A DNA stretch of 64,000 bases, taken from contig OX597839.1 in NCBI GenBank assembly GCA_951406725.2, positions 5,890,001 to 5,954,000 on the forward strand, in the 5' to 3' direction. The position numbers were made by a program, and so were the translations under genes. This DNA comes from Octopus vulgaris (lineage: Eukaryota). The notes beneath the pieces are model-generated. The model saw nothing but the letters and a program-made list of their open reading frames with translations. It had not been told where the DNA came from and did no database searches. Of this stretch, positions 14,393 through 25,969 are shown in pieces (the first letter of the stretch is position 1; each line of letters begins with the position of its first letter).

Positions 14393-14692
14393 TGGAGGCG
14401 CAATGGCCCATTGGCCTCCAAGTTAAGCACTTGTAACCAGCGGACTCGCGGTCGTAGGATCGCGGTTTCGATTCCCAGACCGGGCGTTGTCAGTGTTTAT
14501 TGAGCGAAAACACCTAGAAGCTCCACGAGGTTCCGGCAGGGGGGGGGGTGATCCCTGCTGTACTCTTTCACCACTCTTTCTTTCACTCTTCCTTCTGTTG
14601 GCCTGCTCGCTTAGCCAGCGGGGTGGCGTCATTCGAAGGCTAAAACAATGCGAACGCATTGTGACCAGCGATGGTCTGGTCGGTCACGTGAT
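14393..14692 (+). mobile_element. Family R1 SINE (tail B) with a rearranged A-box
   Basis: Matches the 35448 copy except that gtggttagggc is replaced by a 28-bp insert (14411-14438). Confidence 0.85.
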
Positions 14693-14715
14693 ATATATAT
14701 AAACTATAAACAAAC

Positions 14716-15093
14716 CCCAACTCTCCGCCGAACCCACACCCCACCCGTGCTTTTCCACTCTCGCTTCACCACCTCCCAACAACGTCACACCACCCACACA
14801 CCCACGTCCACACATCTTCGTGTTGGGGGTCATCTTTACTATGTTATCTCCCCTACTTTCCTTCTCGTGTGTGACCCTTCTGTCCGAGTCGGACGCCATG
14901 ATAGATCGTTAGCCACTACACGCATTTTTTCTCACCTTATTTCTCTCCTTGTTTTTTCTGTGTCCCTTTCTGTAGAAGAGCGTAGGCTCGAAACGTAAAA
15001 GACTTTTTCTATTCCTGAGCGTTATACTGATATATCTGTTTGTTTTGTACACCACCTGTCTTCGTCTTTTGGTTTTTTCGTAAACTCTCCCTA
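14716..15093 (+). mobile_element. Penelope-like fragment
   Basis: Flanked by the 11-bp repeat TATAAACAAAC (14705-14715 and 15094-15104); contains a hammerhead-like motif; its 3' ~200 bp match 53803-54003. Confidence 0.6.
14966..15001 (+). ncRNA. Hammerhead-like motif with variant core (CTGTAGA)
   Basis: cttt-CTGTAGA-a-gagc gtag gctc-GAAA-cg-TA-aaag; A6 is replaced by U. Confidence 0.4.
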
Positions 15094-15136
15094 TATAAAC
15101 AAACTATACCATTTTAATCCCGAGCAACGTCGGATA

Positions 15137-15350
15137 TCTCTGCTAGTATACACACACGCACACACACATACATACATCTATATGTATGAAAGACAGAGGA
15201 TGGAATATACGAGAATATATTATAAATCACACCAATTGTTTCGACACATCTAGCATCGACTGCTCTTGTGGGACACACAAAAACTGGTTCAGGAGTATCC
15301 GGTGATGTAGACGTGTCTCGTCGGGTGATAAATAAATGAAAAAACTCTCA

Positions 15351-15370
<20 letters not shown>
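15137..15370 (-). repeat. Direct repeat copy 1 containing a hammerhead-like motif (15226-15329)
   Basis: Near-identical to 16427-16730; begins at a Helitron-like 3' end (ctctgctagt). Confidence 0.8.
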
Positions 15371-15387
<17 letters not shown>

Positions 15388-15432
15388 ATCAATATTACTT
15401 TTAATGTGTCTTAAGCACTTGTAACCGCGGTA

Positions 15433-15652
15433 CTGGCAGGATCGTTAGCATGCCTGGCGGAATTTCCTCTGCCGTTACGTTCTGAGTTCAAATTACGCCG
15501 AGGTCGACTTTGCCTTTCATCCTTTCGGGGTCGATTAAATAAGTACCAGTTACGCACTGGTGTCGATATAATCGATTTAATCCGTTTGTCTGTCCTTGTT
15601 TGTCCTCTCTGTGTTTAGCCCCTTGTGAGTAGTAAAGAAATAGGTATTTTGT
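15433..15652 (+). mobile_element. Family M SINE (partly deleted head)
   Basis: ctgccgttacgttctgagttcaaatt...gcctttcatcctttcggggtcg...agtaaagaaataggtattt. Confidence 0.85.
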
Positions 15653-16426
15653 CTAAGGGTTATCCCCTAAATAACATACTTTTAAAAAAAACCGGTATAC
15701 TTGTAAGCTTGGCGAAATAAAATCGCCTTCGGGGTGGACGAGAAATGCAAATATCAATATTTTGCAGTTCTTTTTTCTTTTCTTCTACGCATCAGTGTTG
15801 TATACCCGCACCACTTTCGGACCGAGTTCACAATCACCACCAAGAAGTATGTATAAAAATAACATAAATTTTATTTGCTTGTGTGAAAAAGTGTTACACA
15901 GGTAAGACGAAATTCAAATTTTCTATTACAAGCAGCTCAGTAATATTTTATACTTAACATACGTGTATTTTTATACGCTTGTCTAAAACTTACGAGCAGG
16001 AGTCCTCATCATTCATCATTGTTCGACTGTGGTCGAAACAATGGAATTTACTATATTACACCAGACTTCACGGGATCACTATGTCGCGCACGTATGGTTA
16101 TGATGTAGGTGCCTGTTGTGCCCTTATCATACGGGTAGTCATTGCAGATATGTTGGGTTTCATATAGTTGTACCCCTGTGTCATTTTAATGACATGCACT
16201 GATTCCTATTGTCCATGGCATGTATTAGTTCCTCTCGGTCACCCAACCTCGTCTGCAAACAAATTGGCGGCATATGTCTTCGCAAAGTGATCGTTGCTCT
16301 TATGACTATTTTTAGATGTCTAATGTAGAGTATCGCTGACTAGCTTCTCTTCATTTCTTCACTTGTGTCCAGCAAAGCCAAATCTCCTGTCTTGAACCAT
16401 GTTTCGTACTTTAAGAAGCTTATTGT

Positions 16427-16469
16427 ATCTCTGCTAGTATATGCACACATACACATACACCCCCCCCCC

Positions 16470-16536
<67 letters not shown>

Positions 16537-16730
16537 CAAATGAAAGACAGGGGATGGAATATACGAGAATATATTATAAATCACAACAATTGTTTCGACA
16601 CATCTAGCATCGACTCTAGCATCGACTCCTCTTGTGGAACACACAAAAACTGGTTCAGGAGTATCCGGTGGTGCAGACGTGTCTCGTCGGGTGATAAATA
16701 AATGAAAAAAAACTCTCGACACACACACAC
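16427..16730 (-). repeat. Direct repeat copy 2 containing a hammerhead-like motif (16580-16695)
   Basis: Minus strand: atcac-CCGACGA-gacacgtct...agatgtgtc-GAAA-caattg-TT-gtgat. Confidence 0.8.
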
Positions 16731-16869
16731 ATATTTCTTTCGTGGAGTGTTCTTTGTACCCTCACAACTTTTTTTCTTTTAATTCACTGTCTTAACTATG
16801 CCCTCTGCATTTCGATAGATCATAAGGGTTGTGGTTTTACTCTTAGAAAATCAAGAATCAGACATGGCT

Positions 16870-17260
16870 TCGTAGTAATACGTTTTATGGGATTAATCCT
16901 ATTGCGTGGCACATTGAGTAAGGGTCTTCTTCTTTAGCCTCGGACCGACCAAGCCTTGTGAATGGATTTGGTGAACGGAAACTGAAAGAAAAGCCCGTTA
17001 TATACATGCATGTCTGTATGAGAGAAGGTCTTTGTGTCTGTATTTGTTCCCTTCCATCACCTGTCAACCGGTGTTTGTGTGTTTACGTGCCTGCAGTAAT
17101 TTAGCGATCCAGCAAAAAAGCCCGATAAAATAAGTGCCAGATTTAACCAAAAAAAAAATAGATACTTGGCTCGATTCATTCGACTAAAAGAATTTCAAGG
17201 CGGTGCTCCAGCATGGCTGTAGCCTAATGACTGATGCAAGTAAAAGATAAAAGGTAAATG
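16870..17260 (+). mobile_element. Diverged family G SINE
   Basis: gcctcggaccgaccaagccttgtgaatggatttgg...aaggcggtgctccagcatggc...gtaaaagataaaag. Confidence 0.75.
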
Positions 17261-17410
17261 TAAAAGCACCAGGTATCCAACTTTAACAATGGCAAATGCA
17301 GATAACTTTGCTCTTATATCAGATACAATTGCATGAACCACAACCCTACGTCCCAGAAAATCATTGGTGCCTAAGGTAACGCTAAAAGGGCGGAGTTCAC
17401 TAGACACAAC

Positions 17411-17849
17411 GGATCTTTTCGGTTTGAACGGCAGTTTTTAACATAATTTCTAGGTAACTAAAAAATTTTTAACTTCGTATATTGGTAGAATGTGTTTATA
17501 AAACATCTTTTTCTCTTGGCTTTATTGAGAAAATTCTATGGTTTGTAAAATATTTGTTGTTTTTTTTTCTTCAATTTCTGCAATTTCAACCAATCACTGA
17601 CGTCTGTTGAGGTAAAAAAAAAACATTCTGTGCCGTATGAATATGTCCTTCGTTTAAGAAACAGATTGGGTTTATTTACATTTGTGAAGAAAAAAAGATA
17701 CCCTTCCCCCACCCCTAACCCTAACTCTAACTAACCCTAATCCTAAAAAACAGATTGAAATGCAATAGATCGATACTAGGGTCATAATTATGGGTGACAA
17801 TTTCATATGACACCGCTCGAAAAAACTGCCGTTCAAACCGAAAAGATGC
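17411..17849 (+). mobile_element. Merlin-like MITE copy 2
   Basis: Same TIRs; TSD GACACAAC / GACGCAAC (1 mismatch); internal (CCCTAA)n-like tract. Confidence 0.85.
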
Positions 17850-18070
17850 GACGCAACTTGCAAGGTACCATCACCTCATTCTCCAGAGACCTGTTCAAAA
17901 CTAGTAAATTCTTTCACGAACTTGAGATCAGTGTAGTATCTACAAAGGCAGATGTTAAGCTTCATGTTGCTAAAAGCTTGAGAAGAGCTCAATGCAAAAA
18001 CAAACAATAGCTGGTGCTGAAATAGAATATTTCAATTAGTTAAACAAAGAATTGTAGGAGACAAATCAAG

Positions 18071-18486
18071 GGATCTTTTCGGTTTGAACGGCAGTTTTTT
18101 CTAGCGGTGTCATATGAAATTGCCACCCATAATTATGACCCCAGTATCGATCTATTGCATTTCAATCTGTTTTAGGGTTAGAGGTGGGGGGAAAGCTATC
18201 TTTTTTTTCTTCACAGATGTAAATAAACCCAGTCTGTTTCTTAAACGAGGGACATATTCATACGGCACAGAATGGGTTTTTTTTACCTCAATAGACGTCA
18301 TTGATTGGTTGAAATTGCAAAAATTGAAGAAAAAAACAACAATTATCTTACAAAATATAGAATTCTCTCAATAAAGCCAAGAGAAAAAGATGTTTTATAA
18401 ACACATTCTACCAGTATACGAAGTTTAAAAGTGTTTAGTTACGTGGAAATTATTTTTAAAAACTGCCGTTCAAACCAAAAAGATAC
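18071..18486 (-). mobile_element. Merlin-like MITE copy 3 (inverted)
   Basis: Same TIRs, internal sequence reversed; TSD AAATCAAG at 18063-18070 and 18487-18494. Confidence 0.85.
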
Positions 18487-19123
18487 AAATCAAGTTTTAA
18501 ATTGATCCACCGCGTAAATTCTTTCGGTGGTATTCGTGGCCAACCGATTTCTCAGTTTAAGGAAATAAGATCCACCGAAGTCTTCAGGTGTAATTCCCAC
18601 TAAAAATAGCATTTCGAATACAACAGGACCCACAGAGTGTTTGTGTGTTGGTTGCTTAAGTGAATTTTTGCAGCTATTTGAGAAACAGCAACGAGAATAT
18701 TTTTTTTAAGGATTTCTCATCTATAATAATAAACGCGAAATTAGTCTTGTCCACCCGGGACCACTGTATCTCAGTTGACATTTGCTCTACATAGACATAT
18801 TATATCTTTTTGGAATCAGAATGATCTCGGGATTGAATATATGCCCTTCATTTGGTTCTTGAACATACAGCATTGGAGATCAGGTCTGGATGAGGATATG
18901 CTATGTGTTAACCGTTGAAAATTCAAAGTTTAAAAGAACCCCCAAAATTTGTGAACTTACAAATGTTTCATTTACACTTCATTTAAAGTAAAACCATATC
19001 GTTTGGGTTCCACAAAATGCTTTATTATAACTGCTCTCCTTAGTTGCGGGCCGCAGGACCAATTGACCCTCCGCAGGAGCTAGTGTATAAGTCTGTATGG
19101 AGTCCGGCTGTTAAACTAGTAGT

Positions 19124-19476
19124 CTTTTCCTTGTTTCAGTCATTTGACTGCGGCCATCCTGAAGAACCACCTTAGAGTGTTTTTGTCGAAGAAATCGATC
19201 CCAGGACTTAATTTTTGTAAGCCTTAATTTTTGTAAGCCCTTATTTTATGGCTCTTTTTTGCCGAACCGCTAAGTTACGGGGACATAAACACAACAACAT
19301 TGGTTGTCAAGCGATAGTGGGGGACAAACACACACACACATATGACAGGCTTCTTTCAGTTTCTGTCTACCAAATCCACTCAGAAGGTTTTGGCCGGCCC
19401 GAATCTATAGTAGAAGACACCTACCCAAGGTGCCACGCAATGGGACTGAACCCAGAACCATGTGGTTGGAAAGCAC
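19124..19476 (-). mobile_element. Family G SINE
   Basis: Reverse complement of family G: gccgaaccgctaagttacggggacataaacac...tgggactgaacccagaaccatgtggttgg. Confidence 0.8.
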
Positions 19477-19499
19477 ACCGCTGCACCTGTTGCTTACAC

Positions 19500-19676
19500 A
19501 TATTTCTAGATGCTTATACAGTAGAATCTTGTGTAATTTTTTCTGTCTGATGTGTTGTCTGTGGATACTTTCACGTTGTCGCAAAGAACTGTTGGTTTCA
19601 CCTATATAATTTTTCTTGCAATTGGGACAGCTTATGCTGTATAGGAGTTTCTCTGTCTTGCAATTCATTTTTGCCA
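19500..19676 (-). pseudogene. Penelope-like element GIY-YIG endonuclease fragment
   Basis: NCKTEKLLYSISCPNCKKNYIGETNSSLRQRESIH fits the PLE GIY-YIG pattern Y.I.C..C...YIGET...L..R...H. Confidence 0.8.
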
Positions 19677-21270
19677 TATTGGGCCATAAATAATGCGGTG
19701 TTTTATACTTCCTATTTTTCAGAATAATGATAAAGTTCTTATTTAATCTAAAATATACACTGCTTCATTTTCTACAATGCTCTTCCCTCTATCTGGTAGA
19801 CTTGCAAAATTCGCTTGTCCGCGGCAAAAAATTCCAAAATTCACTTGACTGTGACGAAAAATACTACTCCAGTACTGTTATGATCTCGTCTATAGAATTC
19901 GTATTTTTTCTGTCCAAATGATTTGGAAGAATGCAGAATAAATGATAATTAGATGGGGCAATGTCCAGTGAATATGGTGGTCGAGGCATCGTTTCCCATT
20001 CAAACTGCTCCAGCCTTCGGAAGGTCATCCTCGCAGTATGTGGCCGAACATTATCCTGATGGAAGAACACCTTTCGTCTTGAAACTAAACAAAGTTTGTC
20101 GTTTTTCTTCTAGTGCTGACTTAAGCCGCTCAAGCTACTCGCAGTAGATCTTTGTTATCGTTTGGTTTGGGTTTAAAAGTTCAAAATGGACTAAACCTTC
20201 CATATTCCACCAAACAGATATCAACACCTTACGTGGGTGAAGACCTTTAGCCTGGATTGCCGGTGTTCTTTCCCTACCCACTGTCTTCAGCGCATGACAT
20301 TTTTAGAGAGAACCCTTTCTCATCACCAGTCAATATTCGGACTGAAAAAAAAGGTTCATTCGTGGGACGTGACAGCAAAGAAAAGCACACATTCACTCTC
20401 CGCGCGTAATTAGACTCGAAAAGTTTGTGAGGAACACATTGACCCAATTTGCTAGCTTTTCCGATGGCAAGCTTGTATCTATGAATACTTGAATGACCAA
20501 ATCCAAGCTATTCTGCTAGTTCCTCAACAGTTACTATGGGATTTGTTCCACCGGGGTTTGCAGGACGTCCTTGTCGACATCTACAGATCTTCCAGGTCGA
20601 GGCTCATCTTCTAGGCAGTAGCTATATGGCTCAGAAACCTGGACGTTATCAAAGAAGCTTGAGAGGCGGTTGAATGGAACCTACACTCGCCTACTTATGA
20701 GAGCTCAAAATCTCTCGTGGAAGCGTCATCCAACCAAAGTACAAATATATGGGAAACTACCACCTGTATCATCTCTTGTGAAAAGTAGAAGAGTCCTATT
20801 TGCTGGACATTGCTGTAGAGCTGAAAACGAGGTAATTTCTACTCTTCTCCTCTGGAAGCCATCTGCTCGCGATACCAGAGGGCGCACACTCTCCTACCCT
20901 GATGTAATATCCAGGGATACAGGCATCCAGCAACAGGACCTCCGTAATGCTATAATGGACCGTGAAGTCTGGCGTAACATAGTAAATTCCATTGTCTCGA
21001 CCACGGTCGAACAATGATGATGATAGGCAGTAGCTTCCGGCTTGGAATTTCTGGCACCACCTTTGACACTGGCTTACGATTATTGTCCTATCCCCCATAT
21101 ACTGCATTAATATTCCTCGCACTTTCCGTTGTGTTGCTATCTTTATTGAACTCATAAACCAAAATATGCTGAATATGCTCCTTTGTCACTTCCATTATAG
21201 CTTTGAAAAAATAAGTGTTAACCTATCATAGGGTCCTATCAAAAGCAACTGCCATCACACTTCACAGTTG
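19677..21270 (-). mobile_element. Decayed mariner (DD34D) transposon, interrupted by an RTE insertion
   Basis: FHQDNVRPH...PPYSLDIAPSNYHLF (YSPDLAP motif), VTGDEK near 20320, CVPHKL (WVPHEL-like) near 20430, N-terminal QRWCQKFQAG near 21050; multiple frameshifts; TIR-like tattgggccataaataatgcgg at 19677. Confidence 0.85.
20624..21023 (+). mobile_element. 5'-truncated RTE-clade LINE
   Basis: YGSETWTLSKKLERRLNGTYTRLLMRAQNLSW...LFAGHCCR (RTE RT C-terminus), (TGA)n tail, 12-bp TSD TAGGCAGTAGCT at 20612-20623 and 21024-21035. Confidence 0.88.
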
Positions 21271-21302
21271 GATTCCCTAGTTTGAACAATTGAGATTATG
21301 AC

Positions 21303-21562
21303 TGGCTTCCAAGCCGTTGGCACGTAAAAAGCATCAATCCGATCGTGGCCGTTGTCAGCCTCCTCTGGCCCCTGTGCCGGTGGCACGTAAAAAGCACCCA
21401 CTACACTCACGGAGTGGTAGGCGTTAGGAAGGGTATCCAGCCGTAGAAACACTGCCAGATCAGACTGGAGCCTGGTGCAGCCTTCTGGCTTCCCAGATCC
21501 CGGTCGAACCGTCCAACCCATGCTAGCATGGAAAACGGACGTTAAACGATGATGATGATGAT
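21303..21562 (+). mobile_element. SINE family T (3' part, (GAT)n tail)
   Basis: ggcacgtaaaaagcacccactacactcacggagtgg...gacgttaaacgatgatgatg; shared with the copies at 46472 and 55855. Confidence 0.8.
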
Positions 21563-21782
21563 ATTATTCAGCCATCTGGTTCTTACTCAATCTCTACATC
21601 TACAAGTTTTCTTAGCTTTAAAAATTCATCTTTCGGTTCTTTCTTCTTGCGACATTTTAATCACGTGTCTGTAGCACCAGAGCTGTGGCCTCTCGATGCG
21701 GAGAAGTAGTGGCTGAAGAAAATTCCTGATCTACGCGCCGTATCAAGTACAATTATTCCAGAGGCCCTTCGGCGAAGACACC

Positions 21783-22198
21783 GAATCTTTTCGGTTTGAA
21801 CGGCAGTTTTTTAAAATAATTTCCATGTAACTAAACACTTTTGATCTTCGTATACTGGTAGAATGTGTTTATAAAACATCTTTTTCTCTTGGCTTTATTG
21901 AGAAAATTCGATAGTTTGTAAGATATTTGTTGTTTTTTTCTTCAATTTCTGCAATTTCAACCAATCACTGACGTCTATTGAGGTAAAAAAAAACATTCTG
22001 TGCCGTATGAAAATATCCCTCGTTTAAGAAACAGATTGGGTTTATTTACATCTGTGAAGAAAAAAAGGATACCTTTCCCCCTCACCCCTAACCCTAAAAC
22101 AGATTGAAATGCAATAGATCGATACTAGGGTCATAATTAAGGGTGACAACTTCATATGGCACCGCTAGAAAAAACTGCCGTTCAAACCGAAAAGATCC
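21783..22198 (+). mobile_element. Merlin-like MITE copy 4 (no TSD)
   Basis: Same TIRs and internal sequence; the flanks aagacacc and atatattt do not match. Confidence 0.85.
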
Positions 22199-22609
22199 AT
22201 ATATTTTATCTTAAAATGTCCCTCTACTAAACGCGTCATCTTTCTCTGTTCCTTGTTCGGTTTTCGTTTATTACAAGGAGAGTTTTTTTGTTTCTCTTGG
22301 AATGATCCAAGTCTCCTGCTTTGACCGCTAGTGTTCGCGATCCTAATATTTTGGTCTTTACCTAACATTCATAGCCGTAGGTGAGGATGGGTACGAAAAC
22401 AAGAATGAAGGAAGCGAGTAAAGTTTTTTTTTTTTTTTTTTTACTCTTTTACCAATCTCTCCACTTCTGAAGGTCGAATGCTGGAACTAGCACATTATTA
22501 TGCCAGCACCTGCAATTCTTGCATCTAGTGCAGCCTCCTGCTCCCCATCAATGCACCCTCGAAATATTTAAGCATCTCCATTTGGTTCCATAATGCTACA
22601 TTAACATGT

Positions 22610-23394
22610 GGTGAAGGCGCATGGCTCAGTGGTTAGAGCGTCGAGCTTACGATCGTGACGTTGTGAGCTCGAAATCCCAGACCGGGTTGCGTGTTGTGTT
22701 CTTGAGCAAGACACTTTATTTCACGTTGCTCCAGTTCATTCAGCTGTAGAAATGAGTTGCGACGTCACAGGTGCCAAGCTGTATCGGCCCCTTTGCCTTT
22801 CCCTTGGATAACACTGGTGGCGTGGGGAGGGGAGGCCGGTATGCACGGGTGATTGCTGGTCTTCCATAAACAACCTTGCCCGGACTTGTACCTGGGAGAG
22901 TAACATTCTAGGTGCAGTCCCATGGTCTGTCGTGACCGAAGGGGGTCTCATCGTATCCATCTACATATCCATGTCTGTCTATCTATCCTAGACATGTTTC
23001 AGTCTTATGACCTCATATATTGTGTGTGTGTGTGTGTAGTTATCTACATGGTTCATGACTCAGTGGTTAGAGCGTCGATCTTACGATTGTGAGGTTGTGA
23101 GCTCGAATCCCGGACTGGGCTGCGTGTTGTGTTCTTGAGCAAGACACTTTATTTCACGTTGCTCCAGTTAACTCAGCTGTAGAAATGAGTTGCGACGTCA
23201 CAGGGGCCAAGCTGTATCGGCCCCTTTGCCTTTCCCTTGGATAACACTGGGGGGGGCGGAGAGGGGAGCCGGTATGCATGGGCGACTGCTGATCTTCTAT
23301 AAACCACCTTGCACAGACTTGTGACAAGGAGGTTAACTTTCTAGGTGCAAGCTCATGGTCAGTGTCGTGACCGAAGGGGGTCCCAGGCCAGGCC
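22610..23394 (+). mobile_element. Composite of two family R2 SINEs plus a ~100-bp spacer inside one TSD
   Basis: Copies at ~22610-22948 and ~23052-23383; 12-bp repeat ACATTAACATGT at 22598-22609 and 23395-23406. Confidence 0.85.
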
Positions 23395-23439
23395 ACATTA
23401 ACATGTAGAGTGCACAGCGAAGACATATAAATACTGAAA

Positions 23440-23545
23440 AAAATAAGAATAACACCATAATACCAATATTGACAAAAAAAATAAAAAACTATCAACGAAA
23501 GTTACATGAAACTCATCTTTTTTTGTTTGTTTACTTTATTTACAT
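23440..23545 (-). terminator. Candidate distal polyadenylation signal
   Basis: The minus strand reads TGTA overlapping AATAAA (AATAAA at 23540-23535), followed by a U/GU-rich tract (gttttttatttttttgtc...ggtgttattcttattttttt). It sits at the compositional boundary. Confidence 0.35.
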
Positions 23546-25934
23546 TGAGAATCAACAAAATCATTACAGTTTTTTTGTATTATTATTATATTTTTTTTTG
23601 GTAATTTTTTTGGGGTATAATTTTTTCGTTTTTTCAAATAGTCTTTGACAGTACCAAACATTAGTACTTTTACAGAGCTGTACAGTGATACACGTGGGTT
23701 CGTAATTTATTTTATTGTTGTATTTACTGTCTTTTTTTTTTGTTTATTTGGTTGGGTTTATATTGTTTTTTTCATTGTTGTTGTTGTATTACTTTTTTGT
23801 TCAATTATTATTATTATAATTATTATCATTCATGTATGCATGTTAAATTGAAACTGAAAATAGAAAGGGAGGTGGATAAATCTATCTGCGATTCATTGTA
23901 AGTATTGTATGTCGTGTATGTATATTACATATATATATACATATATATATATATATAATATATATATAATATATATATGGGTGTATGGTGTTGTGATGGT
24001 TACCTTTAATGGTTTAAGATTTCATTATGTACAAATTATAATCAATGGGTTTATAATCATCGTCATCATCGTCGTCGTCATTATATAATTATCAACATCA
24101 TTATCATTAAATCAGCTCCTTCCTTCCGATCGCATACATACATACACACACAAACGCACACATATACACTACGCATGCATCCATGTCATACACACATCAT
24201 TCCCTTCCCTAACAACTCTTTTAACACCTACGCTGATTTTTAAAAAAATTTTAATATTTATACAAATCTTTTGTTCGAGGGAGATTCCAGCAAACATTAT
24301 ATATATATATACATATATATTTATATATATATATATGATTGCTGAATTTTAACAAGTGTATATATTGATACATTGACGTATATAACTGCATGTAAATGTT
24401 TGTGTGTATATATATACATACATATATATACATGCACACACATACATATATACACACACTCACATATACACATGTATTTTGAGGGGTTATAGCCATTATC
24501 AGTTTTTAGGTTGCTGCAAAAAGGATATCAGAGCTTTGTGATGAAGCACTGACGAAAAATAAGACATTATATATATATATATTTATATATATATAATGTG
24601 TGTGTGTGTACGTGTATAATATAATGTATGTTTAATTGCTGCCCTCTGGATTTACAAAATTTTTCTGTTTTCATTTTACTGTTGCATAACGTTCATCAGG
24701 GTGATACACGCATTCAAATGCAGAGGGTCAATAAAAGTTATATATATATATGTATATATATACATATATGTATATATATATATGTATGTAATTATCAGAG
24801 AGAGACAGAGACAGAGAAGAATGTAGAGAGTATGTGTAACAAAAATTAAATCTTATTTTTCATATTTTCTTTACTTTGGGGTTTTAGGGAGAAGAAAAAT
24901 ATGAGGTTTGGGAGGGAAGGGAAAGGGTGACAAATTCTTTGTTGTAGTTATTATGAAGGTGTGAAACTGTTATTGTAAAATAATATAATTAAAAATAAGG
25001 GACAATTTTAGTAATTTGTATGCTGCTGGGGAGTAAAGTGGTACCTTTTACGGGGATTTTCGGGTTGGGGTTTTGTTTTACTTTTTTTAAGCCTTCCTCA
25101 CTCCCACTTAGTTCAAGCGGTTTCCCCCACCCCTTATTTCACCCCTGAAGGAAAAAAAGGGGAATGTCAACATTACCTCTACTGCCACTACCTTATGAAA
25201 AACTTCTAACACACACCTACACGCAAAACTCACATTTATACAATTTTTTTTATTATTGTTGTTGTAATTTGTTTCATTTCGTTATATTTTTAGTCAGGTG
25301 CGTGTGGGTGATTGAGCAAGGGTGGGAGTTGTGAGTGCAACTACAGTCTGTTGTTGCAGTTGTTGTTGTTGTTGTTGTCAAATCCGTCAGACTCCAACCC
25401 TCACGCAAAAGTATATAATTGGTACACAATTTGTTTTTGTTTTTTTTTTTTTTTTTTTAATTTTTTTTCTTTTAAATTTCATTTATTGACGTCACAATTT
25501 CTTCTCTGACACGAGAGAAGAAGGAAAGGCAAAAAAAAAAAAAAAAAAATTTTTTTTTCAAAAATGTCGAACACAGCATAACAATTAACAAACTCCCAGG
25601 TGCGCGCACACGCATGCGCACTTAACCACACACGCATGCGCACTTAACCACACACGCATCCATACAAATGAAAGCCGTTTTTTTTTTCCAGTATTTCTTT
25701 TCGTTTTGTATTACAAAGTATTTGCTTTCAAACTTCAACACTCATGCATGCACATCCATACACGCGCACACATACATTTAGAGTTTTTGTACATCTATAT
25801 GCAGGCTCACGGACATGCATTGATCATGCATTGCTTTACATACAGATTGCATACACTTAAGTGTATATCATCTGTATGGATTTTTATATATAATATTTTG
25901 AATTCATATATATATGCATATATATATATATACG

Positions 25935-25969
<35 letters not shown>

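Noticed and set aside
14423-15426. 16-bp direct repeat as the TSD of a ~970-bp insertion
   Set aside because: The SINE continues on both sides of the left copy, which is incompatible with a simple insertion; better explained as a templated insertion.
17701-17750. (CCCTAA)n telomere-like tract
   Set aside because: Short, degenerate and internal to a multi-copy MITE; not a telomere or fusion site.
22617-22690. tRNA-Arg-like sequences (also at 74, 4340, 23052, 35455, 63435)
   Set aside because: No complete acceptor stem, and each continues into a SINE body, often with TSDs; SINE heads rather than tRNA genes.
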